A stretch of DNA of 64,000 nucleotides from Deltaproteobacteria bacterium (GTDB lineage: Bacteria; Myxococcota_A; UBA9160; SMWR01). The notes beneath the pieces are model-generated. The model saw only the letters and a program-made list of their open reading frames with translations. It was not told where the DNA came from and did not search any database. Numbering within the stretch: position 1 is the stretch's first letter; every line of letters begins with the position of its first letter. Position numbers and translations under genes: made by a program. The stretch covers positions 1 to 64,000 of the forward strand of contig JAQBGU010000179.1 in the NCBI GenBank assembly GCA_032128375.1. Reading direction: 5' to 3'. Of the stretch, positions 39,161 to 49,047 are shown one piece after another.

Positions 39161-39716
39161 TGAGACTGTCCGCACAAGCAGGGCTCTTCTGGCTGGCACC
39201 ATGCACAGGAAGCCGGCAACTGTATCAGCTCGCCCCTCGCTACGCATTTCGAGACGTCGTTCTAGAATTCAGAACCGAACGGCATCGACTGGGGGAACCC
39301 GTCGAGCGTCCTTCCCATCCGGGGCGCGAAATCATCGGCCCGAGCGCCCGCTGTCTGTGACGGCACCGAAGTGTAGCCTCCCAGCGCGGATGCGAGGATG
39401 CCCATTAGTTGAATCACGCGGCTCTAGATAAGGCCTTGCGCGGGAAATTCATGTCGACACTGAGTGTGGTTTTTTGCCTATACGGCGACACCGGTGTTAG
39501 AGCGGGAACTGACGTTCTGGCCCCGAGGGCTTCGAAATCGCGGACCGTCGTCCGTTCGCTTGGAAGTTCAATCGCTTCGAAAATCCGCCCGTGGTTATCG
39601 ATCCGTGACGCCAATCACATCGTGAGAGCCGGCTACTTCGATAAGTCACGAAGGGCGCGGCGGTCGGCGCGAATTCACGGACGGCAAACCCTCCTGTCCC
39701 CATACGGGAGCAATCG

Positions 39717-41465
39717 ATGGCCAATAAGCTTCTTGCGATCTTCGTCTCGCTCGGATTGGTCGGCTTCCATGCAGCACTGGCGTACTCCGCGGTGGAGATC
39801 GAAGCCGGACGCACAGCCACATTTGGCTGGTCTGCTGCGTCGGGCCCGGTGGATCACTACCAAGTTCAAATCGCCACGGAAGCCCAGAGCCCATTTGGCT
39901 GGCAAAACTATCGTGTCGCCGGCGCCGACGAACGGTCAGTATCCATTTCGAGCAACTCGTTCTCCGCCACGGCTCCCGACGTAGCCCATTGGACGCTCGA
40001 CGAGAACGCGGGCACGACGGTTTCAGATTCGACCGGCAACGGCCACACGGGCAACGCAAGCGGCACGAATTGGGCCTTGGACACCCCTAGCGGGACCGGT
40101 TCCGCGGTCAATTTCGACGGCGTCAACGATTCGCTGCAGTTCGGAGCGCTGGATGTCAGCGGGCAGCAACTGAGCATCGCCGTGTGGTTCAAGGTCGACG
40201 ATTTTGGCATCCCGGATGCTCGGCTCATCTCCAAGGCAACCAGCACAGCAGAGGCTGACCACTACTGGATGCTCAGTACGTTCGATTCGAACGGAATGAA
40301 GCTCCGCTTCCGCCTGAAGACGAACGGCGTCACCACGACACTGATCGCCTCCTCGGGAAATTTGACGCCAGGCGTCTGGACCCACGCGGCGGCTGTCTAC
40401 GACGGAGCGACAATGCGCATCTATAAGGATGGTGTCGAGGTCGGGACAACGTCCAAGACTGGCGCGTTGTCGACCAGCAGTGCGGTGAACGTGGCAATCG
40501 GCAATCAACCCACCGGCGGGGGATCGATGCCGTTCGATGGGAGCATCGACGACGTCCGCATCTACGGAAAAGCACTGTCGCAGCCGGAAGTCGCGAGCCT
40601 GACCGCAGGCAGCGGCTCGGAAACGTCATTTGTGACCGTGCGGACCATTGCATACGATTCGATCGGCAACGCGAGCCAACCGTCGGCGATCTCTTCGACG
40701 GTGCACTTCATGCCGGCGACCGCTTGGCTGTATTCCGTTCCCAACGATTTCGACGGCGACTCGATTCCGGACGTTTTCACGCAGAACAAGACAACCGGGG
40801 TGGTTGTGGTGGAGGAGAGTTCGACCGGCGAGCCGCTGGAGATCGACGCCCCAACCAAGATGATTGGCTACTGGGAAAACGTGGCCCAAGGTGACTTCGA
40901 CGGTGATGGGCGTGAGGATATCTTCTGGCGACACAAAACTGGCGGGGTCAACCGAGTCTGGTTCGAGGTCGGCGCGAACGTGGTCGAGGTGAACTGGTGG
41001 GGGATTCCCGAACTCGCGAGTTCCGACCCCGCCTGGAAGGTCCTCGCATCGGGTGACTTCGACGGGGACGGCTTCTTCGACTTGTTCTGGAAAAATGAGG
41101 ACACCCTCGAGACATTCGTCTGGTTCATGGAAGGAGCGACAGTCGAGAAAGTCGACTTCCCACGCCTGAGGTCGGCAAGCTGGATCATGGAGGCGAGCGC
41201 CGATTTCGATGGCAGCGGAACCTTCGACCTCTTCTGGCGGAACATCGACGACGGTCGGACTGCGGTCTGGTTTCTCGACGGTGAAATGGTCGAGTTCGCC
41301 TCCCTGGAAGCTGTGGACCCCGGGTCGGAAGTCGCAGATGCCCTGGACCTCAACGAGGATGGATTCACTGACCTGGTTTGGTACCGCACGGACGGAAGCT
41401 GCGAGGTTTGGCTGATGCCGGATGGAGAACGGTTCGAAGCTACAACGTGTCCCGCTGTGGAATGA
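39717..41465 (+). CDS. Secreted LamG-domain protein with FG-GAP/VCBS repeats
   Basis: Signal peptide, HWTLDE..WTHAAAVYDG..FDGSIDDVRIY (LamG), and 5 DF(L)DGDG-type repeats. Confidence 0.87.
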   Translation: MANKLLAIFVSLGLVGFHAALAYSAVEIEAGRTATFGWSAASGPVDHYQVQIATEAQSPFGWQNYRVAGADERSVSISSNSFSATAPDVAHWTLDENAGTTVSDSTGNGHTGNASGTNWALDTPSGTGSAVNFDGVNDSLQFGALDVSGQQLSIAVWFKVDDFGIPDARLISKATSTAEADHYWMLSTFDSNGMKLRFRLKTNGVTTTLIASSGNLTPGVWTHAAAVYDGATMRIYKDGVEVGTTSKTGALSTSSAVNVAIGNQPTGGGSMPFDGSIDDVRIYGKALSQPEVASLTAGSGSETSFVTVRTIAYDSIGNASQPSAISSTVHFMPATAWLYSVPNDFDGDSIPDVFTQNKTTGVVVVEESSTGEPLEIDAPTKMIGYWENVAQGDFDGDGREDIFWRHKTGGVNRVWFEVGANVVEVNWWGIPELASSDPAWKVLASGDFDGDGFFDLFWKNEDTLETFVWFMEGATVEKVDFPRLRSASWIMEASADFDGSGTFDLFWRNIDDGRTAVWFLDGEMVEFASLEAVDPGSEVADALDLNEDGFTDLVWYRTDGSCEVWLMPDGERFEATTCPAVE

Positions 41466-41526
41466 CCCACCTGTTGCCGATGTGTCTGTGTTGGCTGGGA
41501 ACTCCGCATTAGAAAGGACCTCGAGA

Positions 41527-41883
41527 ATGCGATCAAGAACGCACGTCATTTTGGCGGCTCTGCTTCTGGGCCTGTGCATCAGCTCTGTGAGCGCGGCCGA
41601 ATCGACCCAGCTCCGCTGGACGCACCCGGACCCGTCGGAGCTGACGGGCTTTCTGGTCTCCATTGGCTACTCGTCTCGCAACTATGAGCCTCAGCTCGAA
41701 CTGGAGTTCGATGGACTCGCGGCGCAGGGCGGCATTTACACGGTGACAATCGAGCTGGATGAGAATCAACCGCTCTACGTGGCCGTCCGAGCCGTAAACG
41801 ACGAGGGCACGAGCCCTTATTCCAATGAGCGGGTCTACGTGTCCCCGCTCGGTGTCCCAGGTCGGCCGCGCCTGACCAACTGA
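41527..41883 (+). CDS. Small secreted fibronectin type III-like protein
   Basis: Signal peptide, LRW and YVAVRAVNDEGTSPYSNE. Confidence 0.75.
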   Translation: MRSRTHVILAALLLGLCISSVSAAESTQLRWTHPDPSELTGFLVSIGYSSRNYEPQLELEFDGLAAQGGIYTVTIELDENQPLYVAVRAVNDEGTSPYSNERVYVSPLGVPGRPRLTN

Positions 41884-41935
41884 CACCAACTATAAGACAG
41901 TCACCACACACAAGAACACGAGACGAACAAAGCTT

Positions 41936-43336
41936 CTAGCGCAGACGCGGCGCGGAACCCAGCACCCGAAGGGCGCTCAGCGATTCAATTTGATTCTTGG
42001 ACACCAGGACCGGATCGAGAGCCTCGAGCAGGAGCCCGATCCCGAACGCAAGTGCGAATGACCCCAACACCCCAGCGATCAGCACTTGAAAACGCGCCTC
42101 GGTGGGTTTGGACGAGGGAACCGCGCGGTCGCTGATCGAGAATCTCGCGCCCTGTTGGGCCGCTTCGAGGCTCTGCGCGAGCTCGGCCTCTTGGACTTTG
42201 CGCAGGAAACTGAGGTAGTTCTCGCGCAGAACCGTCTCGCGTTCTTCGAGTGCCGAGAGTTCTTCCTGGCGGGAAGGAGTGCGGGTGACTTGGGCATCGA
42301 GTTCGCTGAGGGCTGCCTCTGTCGACGCCAATTGCTCGCGCAGCCCTGTGATCGTGAGTCCTGCCGCTGAGGGTATCGCAGCGGTATCTGGCTCTGCCGA
42401 CGTCCCGCTAGGGGCCGCTGCCAGCTCGGCTTCTTGCCGCTCGATCGTGCTTCGCAGGTGCACGATCGAAGGATGTTCCTCCGTGTATTTTTCGAGTTCC
42501 ACTTGGAGTTTCGAGCGAAGCGCCTGCAGGCGTTGGTCCGGAGTCGTCGAGGAGGAATCGGCTACGGCTGCGCCCTGAGATAGTAAGATGCGGCGGTTTT
42601 CTGCATCCGCAATCTGCAGAGCGAGCGACTGGCGCTGTTGCTGGAGTCGATCGAGCCTCATGAGATTGGCCTGAAGATCTCCCGGAAGTTCGCCGCGGTG
42701 AAGCTCCTTGAACCCGCGAATCGCGGTGTTCTGCTCACGCAGGCCGCTTTCGGCGCGGAGGAGTTCCGATTTCAGAAAGCTCGTGGCAAGATTCGCCTGC
42801 TGAGTACGCAGCCGGATGCTCTCGTCGGTGAACTGGCCCGCGAGCGCGTTGGCGACGTCCGCCGCCAATCCCGGCTCTGGATACTCGAATTCGATCGAAT
42901 ATACGCGCGCACTATCGCCCGGTGACCCCACCCCTCCTCGCTGCGCTTCGATCGTGACGTGACCTCTCATCTTGGCGGAGATCTCAGCGAGGGTAATCGA
43001 ATCGCGCAAGTTCGCGTATAAATCGAATTGCTCGATCAACCTGCTCAGCGTACTCAGGGATAAGAGCGAGTTGATCAACGCGTTGATTCGCTGGAAACTG
43101 TCTTCCTGGACCGTCGAGCGAACGAGGTCTTCCCGGATCTGCTGGCTCGTGACGAGGACCGTGGCGGTTGACTTGTACATCGGTTTTTGAATAGCGACGA
43201 AGACTGTCGTCGCAGCGAGCCCTACAAGCCACGCAAGGAGCATCCACACCCAGCGTCGCCGAACAGTCCCCAACGGATCCCGCAGAAAGTCGGGAACGCC
43301 GCCACCCTCTAACTCGGCTATCTCGTCTGTGGGCAT
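41936..43336 (-). CDS. Polysaccharide chain-length determinant / co-polymerase (Wzz/GumC, XrtA-system type)
   Basis: Two TM helices flanking a coiled coil, with YKSTATVLV and YTEEHP. Confidence 0.88.
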   Translation of the reverse strand: MPTDEIAELEGGGVPDFLRDPLGTVRRRWVWMLLAWLVGLAATTVFVAIQKPMYKSTATVLVTSQQIREDLVRSTVQEDSFQRINALINSLLSLSTLSRLIEQFDLYANLRDSITLAEISAKMRGHVTIEAQRGGVGSPGDSARVYSIEFEYPEPGLAADVANALAGQFTDESIRLRTQQANLATSFLKSELLRAESGLREQNTAIRGFKELHRGELPGDLQANLMRLDRLQQQRQSLALQIADAENRRILLSQGAAVADSSSTTPDQRLQALRSKLQVELEKYTEEHPSIVHLRSTIERQEAELAAAPSGTSAEPDTAAIPSAAGLTITGLREQLASTEAALSELDAQVTRTPSRQEELSALEERETVLRENYLSFLRKVQEAELAQSLEAAQQGARFSISDRAVPSSKPTEARFQVLIAGVLGSFALAFGIGLLLEALDPVLVSKNQIESLSALRVLGSAPRLR

Positions 43337-43340
43337 CAGT

Positions 43341-44264
43341 TCACTCCGAAGCCTCAGCGTCTTCAAAGTAGTATTCATAGCGCGGGCGTCGGTTGGTGGC
43401 TGCCTCGTTCAGGAAAACCCCGATGAATTTTTCCTCGGGAATGATCGAGAGGATTTCGAGGTACGAACTGCGCTTGGTGACTCCTTGTCGGGTCACAACG
43501 ATACAGGCCTGAAGGTGTTCGGCGATGACAGCGACATCGGGAACGAGCAGAGCTGGGGGGCCATCGAACACGACCCTGTCATAGTTCTTCGAGAGCAACC
43601 TCAATGCGGTCTGGAAATGCGGTCCTGCGAGCAGCTCGTACGCTTTTTTGGTTGTGTGATGAAGGGGAGTCGCGACCGGGTAGATGTCAAAGCCAGGTAT
43701 GTTAGTCGGAACCCGGGCCGCCTGCAGAGGAACTTCCCCCGACAATACATCCTCAAACCCGATCTTGGGCACAACTCCCATCACTCTGGTGACTGACGAC
43801 CGATGCAGATCCAGGTCGACGAGCGCGGTGCGGCGTCCACCGGAAATCGATGAAATCGCCAGCGCGAGATTGCACGAGACTGTCGTTTTGCCCTCTTCGG
43901 GTAGCGCACTCGTTACGAGGACGGAATTTTGATTGCGCTGATCGAGCTCGCGATTGACCTTCACGGCCAAGTTGCGGAAGCAATCTGCCTCTCGCAGCGG
44001 GGGTTCCAGGATCACTGAGCGCGGAATCCAGAAACCCGTCATCGTTCGCGGAATTTCGACTCGCGCATTCTCGCGGTCTTGCTGCAGGTCTGCAGCTGCG
44101 GGTTCAGTGCGGGAATAGTCCTCTTGGGAGGCGTCGATCGGCGGCTCATCGAAGTCGCGATCAAAGTTCGGATGCTTGCTGTCTTCCCCTGTCGAATCGC
44201 GAAAGAAACCTTGGGTTTCTTCGCCGAGCTTGGCCCTTCGCAGTGCTTCTGTGATTTCTCCCAT
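43341..44264 (-). CDS. CpsD/CapB family protein-tyrosine kinase
   Basis: VTSALPEEGKT (Walker A), VDLDL, FDGPP and a C-terminal YEYY cluster. Confidence 0.9.
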   Translation of the reverse strand: MGEITEALRRAKLGEETQGFFRDSTGEDSKHPNFDRDFDEPPIDASQEDYSRTEPAAADLQQDRENARVEIPRTMTGFWIPRSVILEPPLREADCFRNLAVKVNRELDQRNQNSVLVTSALPEEGKTTVSCNLALAISSISGGRRTALVDLDLHRSSVTRVMGVVPKIGFEDVLSGEVPLQAARVPTNIPGFDIYPVATPLHHTTKKAYELLAGPHFQTALRLLSKNYDRVVFDGPPALLVPDVAVIAEHLQACIVVTRQGVTKRSSYLEILSIIPEEKFIGVFLNEAATNRRPRYEYYFEDAEASE

Positions 44265-44265
44265 A

Positions 44266-45162
44266 TCAGGGCTCCCGCCCGTGCCGCAGCTTTTCGCGGC
44301 GAACAGGCTGGGAAAATTCCGTGTCTCGCTTGGCGCTCATTTCTTTTGCCTTTAGCCAGACCAGCGCTGACGGCACCGGGTGTAGTTTCTTCGAGAATGC
44401 GGCCAGCAGCACTCGATCGGCGAGCAGATTGATCAAGCGGGGACACCCACCTGAAAAGTCGAAGAACACCGAGTCGACCCCATCGGCAAATACGTCGCCG
44501 TACTTGCCCCCGGCCACTTCTATCCGGTGACGCAGATACGGGAGAATGTCGGATCGCCCCAACGGCTCGACGTGATGTTCGATGGCGATCCGCTGTCGCA
44601 GTTGTCGCAACTCTGTCCGGGCCAAACTCTGCAGAAGCTCGGGTTGTCCCGTGAGTACGATCTGCAGCAACTTCTGGGTGTCCGTTTCGAGGTTCGAGAG
44701 GAGCCTGACCTGTTCTAATGCCGCTGGAGACAGGTTCTGAGCCTCGTCGATGATGAGCACGGCGTTCACTCCGTCGCGGAGACGCTCGAGTAGAAATCCA
44801 TTGAGCGCGATGATGTAGTCAGCGGTGGTAGGTTGATGGGATGGAGGTTGAATGCTCCTGATCCCAAACTCGGTGCAGATGAGTTTCAACAGATCGAGTT
44901 GATTCAACCCCATCGTGTTCAGAATCATCGCTGTCTCGGGGAACTCCCGGAAGTCTTCGGGGATTCGATCCAATGCTGCACGAAGTAGAGTGGTTTTCCC
45001 TGCACCCACCTCGCCAGTGAGTAGAATGAACCCCTTGCGGCGAACAATTCCGTAGCAAAGGACCGAAAGGCCTTCTTCGTGGGTTTCCGAGAGCCAAAGA
45101 AAACGAGGATCGGGCGTCACGGAGAAAGGAGGTTCGTTTAGGCAGAAGAAGGACTCGTACAT
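44266..45162 (-). CDS. ExeA-like AAA ATPase (PEP-CTERM-system-associated type)
   Basis: PFSVTPDP, GEVGAGKT, IIDEAQNL, LTGQPEL and GCPRLIN. Confidence 0.9.
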   Translation of the reverse strand: MYESFFCLNEPPFSVTPDPRFLWLSETHEEGLSVLCYGIVRRKGFILLTGEVGAGKTTLLRAALDRIPEDFREFPETAMILNTMGLNQLDLLKLICTEFGIRSIQPPSHQPTTADYIIALNGFLLERLRDGVNAVLIIDEAQNLSPAALEQVRLLSNLETDTQKLLQIVLTGQPELLQSLARTELRQLRQRIAIEHHVEPLGRSDILPYLRHRIEVAGGKYGDVFADGVDSVFFDFSGGCPRLINLLADRVLLAAFSKKLHPVPSALVWLKAKEMSAKRDTEFSQPVRREKLRHGREP

Positions 45163-45610
45163 CTCAAACTCCGCGACGGGCCCTCGCAGGTACCAGGGAA
45201 GGCGTCGACTCGGGTCGGTGCTGCCTAGGCTGGGTCGTAGGTATCAGAGGCAGTGGGGATCATAGACTACTCGATTGGGCTCAGAAATCTGCAGCGGTTT
45301 GTAAACGGGGCGCGGTTACGTAACGGCTCCACGCGCCGGCAACATGAGCCATCAGCCACTGGTTCTAGGACAACCAGATTCTCGACTGGAGCGTCTCACG
45401 CGAATCGGTAGACCGGTCTGCCCTCCTTCCCGAGCTGCGACGGGTTCGTCATCAATGCCTCGGTCATAGGCACGCCCACGGGATTTCTGGTATGTTGAAG
45501 GCTTCGAAAGCTACGCCGATGACGACGATGCAAATCGCAGGCTCGAGATCGGTGTGATCAACTCATTCGAGGAAAGGCCGTCTCTGTTCAAGACCCACGC
45601 TCTTCGAGGC

Positions 45611-45660
45611 GGTAAGACGTCGGAAAATGTCGTAATACGTCGAAAGATGTCGTAATACGA
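45611..45660. repeat. 10-bp tandem array, 5 copies, alternating with a 20-bp period
   Basis: ggtaagacgt cggaaaatgt cgtaatacgt cgaaagatgt cgtaatacga. Confidence 0.8.
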
Positions 45661-46070
45661 ATCCACAACGTTCGCAGCCATCGGTCGATCGGTTGATCGA
45701 CGAAAGTGCTTGCTGACGATCTTTCGAATCCTGACAGGCATGGCGACTGCTGAAACTGTGGCCCAGTCCTGGCCGGCGCGCGAGCTTGAGCCGCTTTCCG
45801 GCATTTCCGTTTCGAGAGTACCGTTGCGATCGGGGTTGACGACTCAGAGTCAGAGCGAATCTGATTCTTTTCATGGGGCTCTCCCGGGTCAAGGTCGTTC
45901 GAGCAACCTGCGGTACGCAAAATAATTCCGCGTGGAAGCCGGGGTTCGCAATGAGTCAACCCCTAGGGAAATCGGAGGTGATTGCATCGGGTCTCGCCGG
46001 ACGTCTTGGCGAAAAGGGCTGCTGGACGACAGGATGACCCCCACTTGCCCAGATCAGATACGCGCAAAAC

Positions 46071-46087
46071 GCGGCACGGATCTTGCA
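46071..46087 (+). promoter_or_regulatory. Sigma54 -24/-12 promoter
   Basis: gCGGCACGgatcTTGCA matches the TGGCACG-N4-TTGCW consensus. It points toward the EPS genes. Confidence 0.75.
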
Positions 46088-46211
46088 AATTCAATCGTCC
46101 AGATGCCCGCGTGGGAGAGCCCGGCGTAGAAGGCGGTCAACAGGCGGCGACGATCGATTCAAGCGAGGCGCCGGAGAACGGCTGCATCAGCACAATTTTG
46201 GAGCGAATTTG

Positions 46212-46362
46212 GTCACCCAAGTGAATGACGCGGCACTCACCAATGTCACGGTTTCTACAGCAACGCCTGTCATCCATTTGGATGACGAGGCACGCACCGA
46301 CGTAACCTTTTCTACAGCGAATATTGTCACCCGGATGAGTGACAAGGCAAGCACCAATATTC
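46212..46362. repeat. Three 57-bp tandem units, each starting with a GTCA-N10-TGAC palindrome
   Basis: Units start at 46212, 46269 and 46326. They share GTCAyCC..TG..TGAC..GGCA..CACC, and units 1-2 also share TTTCTACAGC. Confidence 0.85.
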
Positions 46363-46699
46363 AAGCGTCGAGGTGTGAACCACTTCACTGGTCTTTTCGG
46401 GGAGTCAAGCAAGAATAGTCTCGAAAAATTACCCCCCTCCTTCGGAGTAGCCTGTATGCTGCGCACGCTGGTTGGGGTGGGGGGTGCATTGGCCAGCAGT
46501 TGGAAACAAGTTCATGTTGATGTCCCTACCCACTCTAGTTTGTCGGCTCGCGCCACGTACGCAGATGATTGTCAGCGCAGCCCGCTTCTTGGTCCTGGTT
46601 CGGCGCTACGTATTCGCAGCTGCCACCTCGACCGTGATCCCTCATTGCCCAGGCACCACTCGCAATTCGATGCTGCCGACTGGAAGCTGCTGAAAGCCG

Positions 46700-48082
46700 A
46701 TGAAGTACTACCTCCAAAATCCCTATCTGAGCCGTGTCCTGCTGCTCACAGTGCTAGACGCACTGTGCGTGATGTTCGCTTCCGGGATCGCCTGGATCCT
46801 GGTAGAGCCCAACCTGCCGGTCGATCTGTATGTTGTTGCGACCGTCGGCGTTGCGTTCCTCGCGTTTGTCGCCCTCTTCTTCTGCGACGCCTACCGGCCG
46901 TCAGTGATGGGAGACGGACGACGGACCCTGTCGGCGATCGCGATCTCTATGGGCCTCGCATTCGCCGCTGGGATGGTCATCTACTACACGTTGAAGGTGC
47001 CGGCGGGGGTGGTGCCGTGCCTGGCGCGCGCCGCCACCGTCTACTTTCCGCTCCTCATCGTCGAGCGTGCAATTTTCCGCGCCCTGCTTGGCCGTTCCGG
47101 TCTCAGCGTCAAAGTTCTGGTCCTGGGAACGAGTAACCTCAGCCAAGAGATCGCCGAGGTGTTGAATCAGCAGCGGAACGCTGGCTTCGAACTCGTGGGT
47201 TTTCTGAGTGACGAACTGGCCTATGAGTATTCCGAGCCGACCTTCGGCGAGTCCAAAGTGATAGGCAAGATTCACCATCTCGAGAAAATTCTCGGGTCGA
47301 AGCGCATCGATCACATCATCGTAGCCACGACGGGTCGCGAAGATCACTTTCCCGCAGATGTACTGCAGATGGCGAAGGCGAGGGGCTGCCGCGTGGAATC
47401 GGGGGTCTCGTTCCTCGAACGGGCCTCTGGCAAGATCTATCTGCGCGATCTTCACCCCGGCTACCTGATCTTTTCAGAGGGCTTTCGAATGGGCCGGATG
47501 GGATCGATGGTGAAGCGGGCCATCGACATCATCCTCTCGAGTGTTGCGATGATCATCATGGCGCCTGTGCTTGCGATCTGTGCCGTGGCGATCAAGCTCG
47601 AAACCAAGGGTCCGGTTTTCTACACCCAGGTTCGACTCGGACGCAACAACGAAACGTTCGTGATGCTGAAGCTGCGGTCGATGCGAGCGGACGCGGAGGC
47701 GGAAACCGGAGCTGTTTTCACTGCGGAGCAAGATGATCGCATCACGCGGGTGGGATATATCATCCGCCGCACCCGCCTCGACGAGTTCCCGCAGCTGTGG
47801 AACATCATCCGGGGCGATATGACGCTGGTGGGCCCGCGTGCCGAGCGGCCCGAGTTCTTGGATTCACTCAGCGAGCGGTATGAGTACTATCGCATCCGGT
47901 CGAGTGTGAAGCCGGGCCTCACCGGCTGGGCTCAGACGCGTTATGGCTATGTGAGCAGCGTCGATGCCTACGAGGAGAAGCTGGCCCTCGATGTCTACTA
48001 TCTGAAGCATCGATCCGTGGCCATGGATCTTCTGATTCTGTGGCACACCGTCAAGACGGTGTTGCTCGCTCGCGGCTTGTAG
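46700..48082 (+). CDS. Priming polyprenyl glycosylphosphotransferase (PEP-CTERM/XrtA system type)
   Basis: N-terminal TMs, KRAIDI, KLRSM, RITRVG, DEFPQL, LVGPRAERP and KPGLTGWAQ. Confidence 0.93.
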   Translation: MKYYLQNPYLSRVLLLTVLDALCVMFASGIAWILVEPNLPVDLYVVATVGVAFLAFVALFFCDAYRPSVMGDGRRTLSAIAISMGLAFAAGMVIYYTLKVPAGVVPCLARAATVYFPLLIVERAIFRALLGRSGLSVKVLVLGTSNLSQEIAEVLNQQRNAGFELVGFLSDELAYEYSEPTFGESKVIGKIHHLEKILGSKRIDHIIVATTGREDHFPADVLQMAKARGCRVESGVSFLERASGKIYLRDLHPGYLIFSEGFRMGRMGSMVKRAIDIILSSVAMIIMAPVLAICAVAIKLETKGPVFYTQVRLGRNNETFVMLKLRSMRADAEAETGAVFTAEQDDRITRVGYIIRRTRLDEFPQLWNIIRGDMTLVGPRAERPEFLDSLSERYEYYRIRSSVKPGLTGWAQTRYGYVSSVDAYEEKLALDVYYLKHRSVAMDLLILWHTVKTVLLARGL

Positions 48083-48096
48083 ATACCCTGCAAGCC

Positions 48097-48984
48097 GTGA
48101 ATCTCAATGCCCTGTCGGTCGATCTGGAGGAGTATTTCCAGGTCTCCAACTTCGAGCGCGTGATCGATCGCGACACCTGGTCGAGCCTGCCCTCGAGGGT
48201 CGCAGCCTCCACCCGGGCATTGCTCGAGACGTTCGAGGAAACCCAGAACAAGGCCACGTTCTTCGTGCTCGGCTGGGTTGCGGAGCGAGAGCCCGCGCTC
48301 GTGCGCGAGATTGCTGAGCGCGGACACGAGATCGCGTGCCACGGCTATGGGCACCAGTTGGTCTACGAGATCGGCCCGGAGCGCTTTCGAGAGGATCTGC
48401 GGCGGGCCCGCGGAGCCATCGAAGACGCGGTTGGGGTTCGTCTCAAAGGCTATCGAGCACCGAGTTACTCCATCACGGATCGTTCGCTCTGGGCACTCGA
48501 CATTCTGGCTGAGGAGGGCTTCGAGTATGATTCTTCGATCTTCCCGATTCGCCACCCCCGATACGGAATCCCGAGCTTTTCGCGTGTGCCGGTACGCATA
48601 CAGCTCGACGGTGGCCAGTCGATCCGAGAGTTTCCCATGACGACGCTGGAGGCGGGGCCGCTGAAGATTCCGCTGGCCGGAGGCGCCTATCTACGGTTCT
48701 TCCCGCCGTTCCTATTCCGATGGGGGTTCCGGCGATTGATCTCTGCGGGGCATCCGATCGTGCTGTATGTCCACCCCTGGGAGATCGACCCGGGCCAGCC
48801 CCGACAGCGGGTTGGCTGGAAGGTGCGACTCAACCACTACCACAACATCGGGCGGACCCAGGGTCGCCTCACGCGGCTACTGCGGGAGTTCCGCTTCCGC
48901 CCGCTGGCGGAGGTGTTGGCAGAGCTCGAATCGAAATCGCAGCTTCACCCCTATGCGTTCCAAACTAGAGGGAAGGCTTGCTAG
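48097..48984 (+). CDS. Polysaccharide deacetylase (XrtA-system type, DUF3473)
   Basis: NALSVDLEEYFQV, ATFFVLGWVAE, HEIACHG, GYRAPSYS and HPWEIDP. Confidence 0.92.
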   Translation: MNLNALSVDLEEYFQVSNFERVIDRDTWSSLPSRVAASTRALLETFEETQNKATFFVLGWVAEREPALVREIAERGHEIACHGYGHQLVYEIGPERFREDLRRARGAIEDAVGVRLKGYRAPSYSITDRSLWALDILAEEGFEYDSSIFPIRHPRYGIPSFSRVPVRIQLDGGQSIREFPMTTLEAGPLKIPLAGGAYLRFFPPFLFRWGFRRLISAGHPIVLYVHPWEIDPGQPRQRVGWKVRLNHYHNIGRTQGRLTRLLREFRFRPLAEVLAELESKSQLHPYAFQTRGKAC

Positions 48985-49047
48985 CGGCGGCGCTCGAGCT
49001 CGCCCATCCGCATCTGAGCAGATTCGCCGTGCCGATTCGGATGCGGC

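Noticed and set aside
44266..45162. Type II secretion system or transposon TniB/TnsC ATPase
   Set aside because: No gsp or transposase genes nearby. The context (BY-kinase, chain-length protein) fits the EPS/PEP-CTERM-associated ATPase.
45163..46070. Protein-coding genes or a known riboswitch in the long intergenic region
   Set aside because: The short ORFs lack RBS, motifs and typical codon usage. I could not recognise any riboswitch consensus by eye; an Rfam scan is needed to exclude one.
46212..46362. CRISPR array
   Set aside because: The whole 57-bp unit is similar between copies, so there are no unique spacers. There are only three degenerate units and no cas genes.
46489..46505. Second sigma54 box (TGGCCAGCAGTTGGA)
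   Set aside because: Spacing is off by one base and there is no GC at -12.
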